Below are positions 17,072-25,830 of a DNA stretch of 64,000 nt, piece after piece. The stretch is taken from the IMG/VR virus record IMGVR_UViG_3300017912_001273, positions 32,102 to 96,101 of that record. One strand, given 5' to 3'. Under the pieces are notes generated by a model. The model was given only the letters and a program-made list of their open reading frames with translations, searched no databases and was not told where the DNA came from. A program made the translations under genes and the position numbers. The stretch is from a virus (Duplodnaviria > Caudoviricetes). The first letter of the stretch is position 1. The number at the start of each line of letters is the position of its first letter.

Positions 17072-18216
17072 AAAAGTATTATATAATTAAGATATCTCTT
17101 GAAGAAGATTCAATTGCTATGGATGCTAATGGCAACTATGTCATTAGCACCGGCATTGAATTAAAAGACGGAGGTATATTTATAACAAACACAAACAGTT
17201 GGAATATAACAGCTAAGGACTTAAAGTATTGTAATATAGTGGCAAGTAAAGATACTATTGATTTACAAGACAAGTCTATATATAGATTTCCAAAACTAAA
17301 TTTGCCTAGACAAAAAGTAGATTTACTTAAAGATAAGTTTAATTTAAAAGTAGTTAGAAATAAAGACAAAGCAGATTATCATGTTATATCACATAAATTT
17401 TTAGGAAGTTTATTTCAAACCAATTGGGATACTGCTATAACATTTAAAGATCTTTATAAAATATTTCAAACATGGAAAGAAGATGGCTTATTATCAGAAA
17501 CCGCTTTATTAAAATGTAGAGATATATTAGAGCTTGAAAAAGATGCAATGTTTTTAATTCATAGACCAGGTTACTATTATAGTAATAAAAGTGATGACTA
17601 TGATAAGTTTTGTAATAATGTATTAGCACCAATTTCAGATGCTAAAAAACCTTATGAAACTAATAGAATTTTCTCTGTAAATCCAACTGAAGTAAAATCA
17701 TTTCTAGATATGGTTGGCTCAAATAAATTAATAATGGATGGTCAACTACTTGATATTATTGATGAAGATCTGGCAGTAATAGATAACACTCAGTATGATC
17801 AAATAGAGAATATGATTAAGAGTAGTGACAGAGATAACAGAAATATGGCGGTAGAAATGATTGCTAATTGTAATATTAACAAATCATTTGATGTTGTTTC
17901 TGGTATTTATTGGTGGCATTATGATTGGTTTAAAGATACTGATCACTGGAATAGTGTAAATGTTAAAGCCATGCGTCAGCAATTGAAAGATTATGAAGGT
18001 GGCCATAGTAATAGTGGCATTTATTCTTACAATGCATACATAGAAAAGCTTGCAAAAGACGGAAAATTAACTAAATTTGCAGTAGATAGGACAAGGGAAA
18101 AGCTTATGAAAGATTTCTTAAGCAATTATGTTGGAAAATCTGCTCAGGTCTTTGCAGTAGATTTGGATAATTTAAAACTAAATGAAAAATTTGAAAAGCA
18201 AGTTATAGATGAATAG
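17068..18216 (+). CDS. Hypothetical protein with a BRCT-like segment
   Basis: SIYRFPKL...NLKVVRNKDKADYHV; apparent paralog of the previous ORF. Confidence 0.6.
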   Translation: MKKYYIIKISLEEDSIAMDANGNYVISTGIELKDGGIFITNTNSWNITAKDLKYCNIVASKDTIDLQDKSIYRFPKLNLPRQKVDLLKDKFNLKVVRNKDKADYHVISHKFLGSLFQTNWDTAITFKDLYKIFQTWKEDGLLSETALLKCRDILELEKDAMFLIHRPGYYYSNKSDDYDKFCNNVLAPISDAKKPYETNRIFSVNPTEVKSFLDMVGSNKLIMDGQLLDIIDEDLAVIDNTQYDQIENMIKSSDRDNRNMAVEMIANCNINKSFDVVSGIYWWHYDWFKDTDHWNSVNVKAMRQQLKDYEGGHSNSGIYSYNAYIEKLAKDGKLTKFAVDRTREKLMKDFLSNYVGKSAQVFAVDLDNLKLNEKFEKQVIDE

Positions 18217-19195
18217 AGATCATCAGAAAGAAGAAGAGTTTTATGCTGAAGCATTTAACTTCAGCTACTCTTCTCTTAATAAATTAATTTTTTCACCCTC
18301 TTTGTTTTACAAAGATTATATTTTACAGGACAGAGAACTGAAAACAGATAAGCACCTTATTGAAGGTAAACTCATACACTGTTTATTATTTGAGCCTGAG
18401 AACTTTGATAAGAAGTTTAACCTGGTCCCAGGTAAGACACCAAGTGATAATGTAAGAAAGGTCTTAAAAGACATGTCTTTACATACTGATGCTAAAACTT
18501 TAGTTGACTGTGAGGATTTTATAATTCTAGATTCTTTAAAGGATTTAAACTTATATCAATCTTTAAAAACAGATGAACAAAGAATAGCAAAAATTAGAAC
18601 TGAGGATAATGAACCTTATTGGACATTCTTATCTAATAATAATGTAGATGTAATAGATCGTGCAACTTTTGACAAATGTTCAGAAGATATTACATATCTA
18701 AAAAATAATGATGATGTAATGTCTATATTTGCAGAGACCTCAACAGACTTTGATTTGGACCCTATTACAACTTATAAAGAACATTATTTACGTTCTGAAA
18801 TGGATGGCTACCCATTTGGATTACATGGTTATGTAGATTACTTAAAGATAGATTCAGACAAGAAAATAGCAACTATATGTGATTTAAAAACAACTAGTAA
18901 AACTATTGCAGATTTTACTGAGACAGTTGACTTTTATAATTACTGGTTACAAGCTGCTATATATAGTAAACTAGTATATGATTTCCTAGGGGATGACGCT
19001 GATGAATATACAATTGAATTTAAGTTTATAGTGATAGATCAGTATAAACAAGTGTATGTCTTTGATGTATCCCAAACAACCTTATCTGCTTGGGCAGAGG
19101 GGTTAGGAGGCACTTTAAAGACTGCTAAGTATCATTTTGAGGAGAAAAACTACTCTTTGCCCTATGATTTCTTGGTAAATAAGATTAACTTATAG
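18209..19195 (+). CDS. PD-(D/E)XK exonuclease (RecE/ExoVIII, DUF3799-like)
   Basis: SYSSL, GKLIHCLL, HGYVD, ICDLKTT, YWLQAAIY. Confidence 0.85.
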   Translation: MNRDHQKEEEFYAEAFNFSYSSLNKLIFSPSLFYKDYILQDRELKTDKHLIEGKLIHCLLFEPENFDKKFNLVPGKTPSDNVRKVLKDMSLHTDAKTLVDCEDFIILDSLKDLNLYQSLKTDEQRIAKIRTEDNEPYWTFLSNNNVDVIDRATFDKCSEDITYLKNNDDVMSIFAETSTDFDLDPITTYKEHYLRSEMDGYPFGLHGYVDYLKIDSDKKIATICDLKTTSKTIADFTETVDFYNYWLQAAIYSKLVYDFLGDDADEYTIEFKFIVIDQYKQVYVFDVSQTTLSAWAEGLGGTLKTAKYHFEEKNYSLPYDFLVNKINL

Positions 19196-19196
19196 T

Positions 19197-19775
19197 ATGA
19201 AGGGTGTTTACACAGATTATTTTCAAAAGAGTAAAGTCTTTCTGTATCCTTTATTAAGGCTGCAGAAAGGCATTACCTATGTTCCTCAAGAAACTTATGT
19301 TGCTTGGGAGAATATGTATACTTTTGAAAGTACTAGATTTCTGTGTGAATATAAATACAAGAATGTAAACAAGTTTAAACTATTTAGTCATAAAACTTTA
19401 GAAAGACATCCATTGTATGAAGGCTCCGTAGAGCTAGATGATGGTAGACACTTAGTCATATTTGATTTTACACAATATAAACATGATTTTAATGCATTTG
19501 TACAAGGCAAATACTCAAAGTTTAGTTTAGATAGTAAGATCCACATAATAGACTTCTTTGGTGACAAAGGTAAGATTGCAGACTATATACAAGGTTTTCT
19601 TTCTCCTCCAGATGTGCATGAGAACTATGCAGATTTTCTTGGTGTAAGAAAAGAATTACTTGAAGAAGTATATGAAGTTTGTAGTCCGCCTGACTTAGTT
19701 AAAGAAACATTAGTTGATAATAATTCTATAATTTATCAATTATTAAAAAATGATTCCATATCTTTGGAAAAATAA
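19197..19775 (+). CDS. Hypothetical protein
   Basis: 192-aa ORF in the replication operon. Confidence 0.7.
   Translation: MKGVYTDYFQKSKVFLYPLLRLQKGITYVPQETYVAWENMYTFESTRFLCEYKYKNVNKFKLFSHKTLERHPLYEGSVELDDGRHLVIFDFTQYKHDFNAFVQGKYSKFSLDSKIHIIDFFGDKGKIADYIQGFLSPPDVHENYADFLGVRKELLEEVYEVCSPPDLVKETLVDNNSIIYQLLKNDSISLEK
19759..19766 (+). promoter_or_regulatory. Bacteroidota -7 promoter element
   Basis: TATCTTTG ~22 nt upstream of ATG 19788. Confidence 0.5.
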
Positions 19776-19787
19776 ATCAATAATTAT

Positions 19788-20204
19788 ATGGCACAAATTG
19801 GACAAAATATGTTGCTAGTTCACTCTAGCTTCAGAAACGCTAAATCTTTTACACTTATACCAGTGAGTTTAGACTCACCTTATGTTGAAGCTATGTATGA
19901 CCCTTCATCAGGGATACTAGCTGTTATTAGTAAAGTTATGAAAAAATCTTTTCATATGATGCCTAGGTTAGATGACAACGGACAACCTATGAGGCTAAAA
20001 GTTCCTAATAAACAAACCGGGAAGACTGTTAAAGAACAAAGAACTCAAGTTGAAACATTCTCAGAATTTTACATTGCTGATAAAGATGATATAGATCTTT
20101 TCATTAATATGTTTGCTGTGAATGCAGAGCAGTTTGATTGGAAACAGTACGTGGTTGATGTTGATGAAACTAAAACATCACCTATTATTATGCCAGGTCA
20201 ATAG
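19788..20204 (+). CDS. Hypothetical protein
   Basis: 138-aa ORF bounded by its own promoter-like element and terminator. Confidence 0.7.
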   Translation: MAQIGQNMLLVHSSFRNAKSFTLIPVSLDSPYVEAMYDPSSGILAVISKVMKKSFHMMPRLDDNGQPMRLKVPNKQTGKTVKEQRTQVETFSEFYIADKDDIDLFINMFAVNAEQFDWKQYVVDVDETKTSPIIMPGQ

Positions 20205-20244
20205 GATTTCCTATATCCGTCCAATGTCTCTATTGATACTGGTT

Positions 20245-20276
20245 AAAAAGGCATGCACACTGCGTGCCTTTTTTTT
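20245..20276 (+). terminator. Intrinsic (possibly bidirectional) terminator
   Basis: aaaaaggcatgca-cac-tgcgtgcctttttttt. Confidence 0.8.
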
Positions 20277-20297
20277 GTAAACTAAAAATGTAAAAAA

Positions 20298-22289
20298 ATG
20301 AAACACTGGGTAATGGACTATGAAACACTATCCAATTGTTTTGTTGGCGTCTTTGTACACTATAAGACAAATGAGAAAAAAGTTTTTGTCGTACATGAGT
20401 TACAAAATGATTTTGATAGCTTCATAGAATTTCTTAGAGAGAATGTTAATGAAAGACAGTGGCATATCTCTTACAATGGATTGGCCTTTGATTCACAGGT
20501 CACTCAATATATTATAGAAAATCACTCTCAATGGGAGGATTACTCAGCTGATCAGATTGCTAGAACTATTTTTAAGTATGCACAGAGATGTATATATAAA
20601 GCAAACAATAAAGAATGGTCAGACTATCCGCTATGGAAACTCAGTATAGGACAGATTGATATATTCAAGATGCACCACTGGGATAATCCTGCTAAGCGTT
20701 CTAGTCTTAAGTGGATACAATACAGTATGGACTGGCAGAACATATTAGATATGCCTATCCATCATGATACAGAAATTAGTAAACAAGAAGAGTTAGATAC
20801 TATTATAGAGTATTGTGTTAATGACGTTGAGTCAACAAAAGAAATCTTTAATAGATCTAAATCACAGATACAATTAAGAAAAGAACTTACTAAAGCATAT
20901 GGCATTAATTTATTTAGTGCCTCAGAACCACGGATTAGTAAAGAACTATTTGGATATTATCTATCTAAAAAGCTTAACATTCATAAAAGTGAAATCAAAA
21001 AGATGAGAACTTTTAGGGATACTATAGTTATGAAGGATATTATCCTACCATATGTAAAATTTACTTCACCAGAATTCCAAACTCTACTAGATAGATTCAA
21101 CTCTCTTGAGATAGATCCTAGTAGACTCAAAGGTAGTTTCAGGTACAGTGTAACATATAAAGATGTTAAGACTGACTTTGGCCTTGGCGGTGTTCATGGT
21201 GCTAGAAACAAAGGGGTATATGAAAGTGATGATGATATGGTTATTATATCATCAGATGTTACTAGTTTCTATCCTAATCTAGCTATTAGAAATAAATTTT
21301 CTCCTGGTCACTTTCCTAAAGAAGAGTTTTGTGATCAGTATGAATGGTTCTTTAATGAAAGAAAGAAGATTCCTAAGAGCAATCCTATGAATTATGTATA
21401 TAAGATTATACTGAATTCTACTTTTGGTCTTAGTAATGATGAGAATAGTTTCTTTTATGATCCAGAGTTATGTATGAAGATTACAGTAAATGGTCAACTT
21501 ACTTTGATGATGCTCTATGAGCAAATCATGGAAAGGATCCCTGATGCTGTAGCTTTATTACATAATACAGATGGTATTGAGACAATGATACCACGTAAAT
21601 ACTATGATGATTACATGGAAATATGCAAAGAGTGGGAAGATTTAACTAATCTTGAGCTTGAGCATGATGAATATCAAAAGCTGGTCCTTGGGGATGTCAA
21701 CAACTATATTGGTGTGAATAACTTCAAAGATGTTGATATTACCACATGGAGAGAATTAAAACAGTCACAACCACATTATGTATATAAAGTGGACAATGAT
21801 AAATTTTCATTTGCACCTGTGAAACTTAAGGGCCGTTTTGATTTTCATAATCTTCAATTACATAAAAACAAATCAAAGCTTGTTATCAAGAAAGCTATCT
21901 ATCAGTATTTTGTAAATAATGTTTTGCCAGAAGACTATCTGGATCAAAACAAAAACATACTAGATTATTGTATAGGTGGCAAATCAAAGGGTGATTGGCA
22001 ACAAGTAGCTAGATTTGTAGACACAGGTAATTATAAAGAAGAGTATCTTCAAAAGATAAATAGATACTATATATCTAATGGGGGTGTAAAAATTATCAAA
22101 GTAAACAAGAATGATGGGCGTGAGATACAGTTAGAATCAGGTAAATGGTTACAGACTGTATATAATAAAATGGATATAGCTCCTAAATGGGAGACATATG
22201 ATATTAATAAAGCCTATTATTTATCTGCTATAGAGAAGGAGATAAATGATATTCTTGCAGTTAGTAGTAATCAATTAAAATTATTTTAA
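20298..22289 (+). CDS. polB: Family B DNA polymerase
   Basis: Exo motifs DYE, YNGLAFD, YCVND; polymerase motifs DVTSFYP, KIILNSTFG, NTDG. Confidence 0.92.
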   Translation: MKHWVMDYETLSNCFVGVFVHYKTNEKKVFVVHELQNDFDSFIEFLRENVNERQWHISYNGLAFDSQVTQYIIENHSQWEDYSADQIARTIFKYAQRCIYKANNKEWSDYPLWKLSIGQIDIFKMHHWDNPAKRSSLKWIQYSMDWQNILDMPIHHDTEISKQEELDTIIEYCVNDVESTKEIFNRSKSQIQLRKELTKAYGINLFSASEPRISKELFGYYLSKKLNIHKSEIKKMRTFRDTIVMKDIILPYVKFTSPEFQTLLDRFNSLEIDPSRLKGSFRYSVTYKDVKTDFGLGGVHGARNKGVYESDDDMVIISSDVTSFYPNLAIRNKFSPGHFPKEEFCDQYEWFFNERKKIPKSNPMNYVYKIILNSTFGLSNDENSFFYDPELCMKITVNGQLTLMMLYEQIMERIPDAVALLHNTDGIETMIPRKYYDDYMEICKEWEDLTNLELEHDEYQKLVLGDVNNYIGVNNFKDVDITTWRELKQSQPHYVYKVDNDKFSFAPVKLKGRFDFHNLQLHKNKSKLVIKKAIYQYFVNNVLPEDYLDQNKNILDYCIGGKSKGDWQQVARFVDTGNYKEEYLQKINRYYISNGGVKIIKVNKNDGREIQLESGKWLQTVYNKMDIAPKWETYDINKAYYLSAIEKEINDILAVSSNQLKLF

Positions 22290-22687
22290 TGTATAGACCG
22301 TTACCACCTTCAGTTACGGTTAGACAATCAGTTATAGATGGGTTAGGCTTGTTTGCAGCAGAAAATATTGCTTCTGGTACAGACTTAGGTATAACCCATA
22401 TATATGACCAAAGATTTGAAAACCGTTATATTAGAACTCCATTGGGTGGTTTTATTAATCATAGTAAAGAGCCTAATGCAAAACTCATTGGTTGTAAAGA
22501 ATCAAGAGATATAGATTGTGGAATTCTGCATCTTCAATTGATTAAAGATGTTAAGTCTGGAGATGAGATTACCACACAGTATTCTCTCTATGAAGTAGAT
22601 GTAAAAGATATTACAGTAAACGGAGTAGAGATAATAGCAGGCACTGAGGCTGCATATGTGATAGATAAACCTATAATAAATGATTAA
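22289..22687 (+). CDS. SET-domain protein-lysine methyltransferase-like protein
   Basis: GLGLFA, GFINHSKEPN, GDEITTQY. Confidence 0.88.
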   Translation: MYRPLPPSVTVRQSVIDGLGLFAAENIASGTDLGITHIYDQRFENRYIRTPLGGFINHSKEPNAKLIGCKESRDIDCGILHLQLIKDVKSGDEITTQYSLYEVDVKDITVNGVEIIAGTEAAYVIDKPIIND

Positions 22688-23513
22688 GGTACAGAATACT
22701 AAAACCTTAGTTACAAAACCCAATAACAATAGTGCAAACTGCATAGCTCCCAATGTAATCTATGGTTGCTTTGGTGGCTGTGTAGACACTTATTGTTATA
22801 TGTCTCGTTATAATGGACGTAGAGTTTTTGTAAATAAGAATGTTGACCAGATTTTTCAGTCTGTAGTTGAATGGGAAAAAACTTTTTATAAAGAACCAGA
22901 TCAACAGGACCCTATATATACTATGGTAGATATTGCATGTAACTCAGATCTTGTTCTGATGCAGAAACATATGCCTGAACCATTAATTGATTATCTAAAA
23001 AGATATGATGATCATCCCCGTCTTAACAGTACTATGGCTACTAAGTATCCAGGATTACTAAAATTAGATGTAAATCATTTTAATAAACCACCAAGAGTAC
23101 GTGTAAGCCTTATGCCTCAAAAGTATTCAAATATACTTGAGCCTAAAATGCAAAATATATTGAGCCGTATTGAAGATGTAAACCGTCTAAAAGATTTAGG
23201 ATGGCAAGTTCATATTAATTATAGTCCACTTGTATTTCATTTTTATTGGAAAGAGCTGTATTATGAACTGTTTAGTAAGGTAAAAGAAATAGCCGGGGTA
23301 AATAAATGTGAGGTGATAGCACTCACAAATCATAAACAACAGATGGCCAGAGCATCAGAACTTGCAAAAGAACTAATGAGAAGGTCTTCTGAGATAAAAA
23401 ATGCATCAGGTGTTATGCGTTATCCTTTAGAGCATAAAACCAGACTCCTAAATGAATTCAAAGACATATACAAAGAATTTTTTCCATTAGATACTATTAG
23501 ATATATATTTTAA
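22680..23513 (+). CDS. Spore photoproduct lyase-like radical SAM protein
   Basis: GCFGGCVDTYCYM cluster motif, CNSD, ATK, RVRVSLMP, C-terminal MRY. Confidence 0.8.
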   Translation: MIKVQNTKTLVTKPNNNSANCIAPNVIYGCFGGCVDTYCYMSRYNGRRVFVNKNVDQIFQSVVEWEKTFYKEPDQQDPIYTMVDIACNSDLVLMQKHMPEPLIDYLKRYDDHPRLNSTMATKYPGLLKLDVNHFNKPPRVRVSLMPQKYSNILEPKMQNILSRIEDVNRLKDLGWQVHINYSPLVFHFYWKELYYELFSKVKEIAGVNKCEVIALTNHKQQMARASELAKELMRRSSEIKNASGVMRYPLEHKTRLLNEFKDIYKEFFPLDTIRYIF

Positions 23514-23537
23514 TTTGGGTGACTCAGTATTTTTTAT

Positions 23538-23545
23538 TATATTTA
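23538..23545 (+). promoter_or_regulatory. Putative promoter element (TAnnTTTA variant)
   Basis: TATATTTA ~20 nt upstream of ATG 23565. Confidence 0.4.
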
Positions 23546-23564
23546 CACTTTAAAAGTTTAAGAT

Positions 23565-24482
23565 ATGGGATATAAAAAACCAACAAATACTACCAGAGCA
23601 TATCTGGAGAATGCACCCTTACCAAATCACGGTAAGAGTTATACAGTAATATCACATAAAACAGTGATAGACAATACGTTAGATCTATTAAAGAATAGTG
23701 GATTCAAAGTTCTAGAAGAAAAGTATAGAACTAATATGAATGCAAACGTTGCACAGGGAATATATTATATTCATCCTACCTCAACAGATCAACAGATTAA
23801 TGATGAGGAAGAGTTGGGTATGATGTTTACCTGGGTGAATTCATATGACAAGAGTAGAATGTTTAATTGTACAATTGGAGCATATGTTAAAGTATGTAGT
23901 AACGGTATGTGTGCAGGAGACATGTACCACTATAAAAGAAAACATACTGGAGCTGCAGATACTGATGTAAGAAATCATATATCTAGTCAGATCAAAAATG
24001 CTGAAAAGTATTATAAAAGGTTAATTAGTGATAAAGAAACAATGAAGCAGATTGATTTATCTACTAAACAAATGTCTGAGTTGACAGGAAGATTGTTTAT
24101 AGATGAAGATATGATTGACTCACAACAAGTAACCTGCATCAAGAAAGAAATAGATACGCCTTCTTTTAAGTACAAAGGAGGGACAGGCACTGCTTGGGCT
24201 TACTATAATCATGTTACGCATGCATTAAAGAAAGCACACCCAAGAGATTGGATGAATGACCAGAGAGACTTTCATGATTTTATGACTGCAGAAATATTAA
24301 ATCTTTCTACCATACAACCATATGAAGAATGGATTCTTAACTTTGATAATGATGAGTTAGGTATTACCAACGCTGATACAGAGCACGGTATTGATATTGA
24401 AGTAGAAACATTTGAACCAATTGAAGTTGATACTGAAATCAACTACAACAGACTATTACAGGACGTATATATGGGCAGATAG
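23565..24482 (+). CDS. DUF932-family protein
   Basis: NSYDKS...GAYVKVCSNG, RKHT and TAWAYYNHVT motifs. Confidence 0.7.
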   Translation: MGYKKPTNTTRAYLENAPLPNHGKSYTVISHKTVIDNTLDLLKNSGFKVLEEKYRTNMNANVAQGIYYIHPTSTDQQINDEEELGMMFTWVNSYDKSRMFNCTIGAYVKVCSNGMCAGDMYHYKRKHTGAADTDVRNHISSQIKNAEKYYKRLISDKETMKQIDLSTKQMSELTGRLFIDEDMIDSQQVTCIKKEIDTPSFKYKGGTGTAWAYYNHVTHALKKAHPRDWMNDQRDFHDFMTAEILNLSTIQPYEEWILNFDNDELGITNADTEHGIDIEVETFEPIEVDTEINYNRLLQDVYMGR

Positions 24483-24575
24483 TGGGCATATATCTTGTAA
24501 TATTGTTAGCCATAGTTTGTTTTTACATATGTAGTAAAAATAACCTTGATTATTAAACGGAGAGAAAAACCAACA

Positions 24576-24612
24576 TGGGTCCAAGTTTTTGCATTCTTGG
24601 GCCCGCTCTCTT
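24576..24612 (+). terminator. Hairpin, possible terminator
   Basis: tgggtccaag-tttttgcatt-cttgggcccg followed by ctctctt. Confidence 0.45.
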
Positions 24613-24643
24613 ATATATGTCCACCCTATAAAAGGAATAACAC

Positions 24644-24820
24644 ATGAAACCAAAACAGAAGTATGATGCTAGTTATACCAGAAAGAAAAATAGAAAGACT
24701 ATTATCATTGATGGTAAAGAATATAAATATGATGATGCCTCTTCGTTTAAACAAACGTATCACTGGCAAAGATTTAATATGCAAACTACTGCTAAAAGAA
24801 AAAATAAAAACAAAAGCTAA
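24644..24820 (+). CDS. Hypothetical basic micro-protein (58 aa, not in track)
   Basis: MKPKQKYDASYTRKKNRKTIIIDGKEYKY...*; TAATG coupling to ORF 24820. Confidence 0.55.
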   Translation: MKPKQKYDASYTRKKNRKTIIIDGKEYKYDDASSFKQTYHWQRFNMQTTAKRKNKNKS

Positions 24821-25104
24821 TGAATGCTAAAGAAAGAAAAGAAAGACCTGTATTTACAGGAGTATTAAAATATTTCCCGGATGCTATCATGGAGATAGCT
24901 AGGGTATCATTGGCTGGTAATAAACAACACCACCCTGATAAGCCGTTACACTGGGATCGTAGTAAATCAACTGATGACTATGATGCTCTTGCTAGACATC
25001 TTATTGATGCTGGCACTATAGATGATGACGGAATCCGTCATACTGCAAAAGTAGCATGGCGTGCATTAGCTTGCTTACAAAAAGAACTAGAAAATGAAAA
25101 GTAA
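24820..25104 (+). CDS. dATP/dGTP diphosphohydrolase domain protein (DUF5664-like)
   Basis: EIARVSLAGNKQH...W...YDALARHL...HTAKVAWRALA. Confidence 0.75.
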   Translation: MNAKERKERPVFTGVLKYFPDAIMEIARVSLAGNKQHHPDKPLHWDRSKSTDDYDALARHLIDAGTIDDDGIRHTAKVAWRALACLQKELENEK

Positions 25105-25234
25105 TACATATAAAAGCCATATAACTGGCAATACTGCAATAAAGAAAGAAGATGGCTGGTATGACTCTATAACTAATAAACGTCTTATGAGCTATGAAGT
25201 ATATAAATTTGTATCGTTATCTAAGAAACAATGA
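25094..25234 (+). CDS. Hypothetical micro-protein (46 aa, not in track)
   Basis: MKSNTYKSHITGNTAIKKEDGWYDSITNKRLMSYEVYKFVSLSKKQ*; ATGA coupling to 25231. Confidence 0.5.
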   Translation: MKSNTYKSHITGNTAIKKEDGWYDSITNKRLMSYEVYKFVSLSKKQ

Positions 25235-25569
25235 AAAAGTGTAACGTATGCAACCGCAATAGACCAGAATGGTTCTATAAAACTGATAAAAAGAAGACAT
25301 GCCGTAGATGTGAATACAGATGGTGGCGTGATCTTCTAAGGATGATGGTCCGTGATAGAAGACTAACACCTGTAGAAAGACTAGCTAGCCGTGCTGGATA
25401 TATGGGCACAGGTTTTCTTATTGCTGGTCAATGGTCTGTAGAACCTATATTTTTTATGATAGGATTTGTCCTTGTACTAATACAAGTAACCACTAGAAGA
25501 CAATGGAATCTTGTTGCATTACAGTTAAATGGACTAATAGCTTGGACAATTCATTTCTTTACAAGCTAG
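25231..25569 (+). CDS. Zn-finger + membrane protein
   Basis: CNVC...CRRC followed by 2-3 hydrophobic helices. Confidence 0.65.
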   Translation: MKKCNVCNRNRPEWFYKTDKKKTCRRCEYRWWRDLLRMMVRDRRLTPVERLASRAGYMGTGFLIAGQWSVEPIFFMIGFVLVLIQVTTRRQWNLVALQLNGLIAWTIHFFTS

Positions 25570-25623
25570 GAAATCTTATTATTTTACCGTATCTTTATAT
25601 TATAGTAACATTAATTTAACATT

Positions 25624-25827
25624 ATGAAGTATCTAGTAATAATGGTGATGTTATTAACTTTTGTGTCTTGTGGTCCTACACAAGAGTTAATATCAAAGAC
25701 ACCTAAAACAACAAGGGAAGCTGTCATTTATGAAGACAAAGTAGTAATTATAACAAGAACTACTATTTCCAAGGACCGCTATAAAGAGCTTATAGCTTCA
25801 AGAAATAAAAATCCAGAAGGTAATTAA
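25624..25827 (+). CDS. Small lipoprotein
   Basis: Lipobox FVSC after a hydrophobic stretch; TATCTTTA element at 25590. Confidence 0.65.
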   Translation: MKYLVIMVMLLTFVSCGPTQELISKTPKTTREAVIYEDKVVIITRTTISKDRYKELIASRNKNPEGN

Positions 25828-25830
25828 TTT

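Noticed and set aside
2626-24653. Short - strand ORFs inside + strand genes (e.g. 2626, 5384, 7841, 8368, 8706, 10481, 11452, 12884, 15107, 15402, 17136, 17444, 22502, 22707, 24456)
   Set aside because: Shadow ORFs overlapping well-supported genes, with no motifs and atypical composition.
24820-25104. 2-aminoadenine (Z) genome
   Set aside because: No PurZ or HD-type dATPase in the window; the single hydrolase is not enough evidence.
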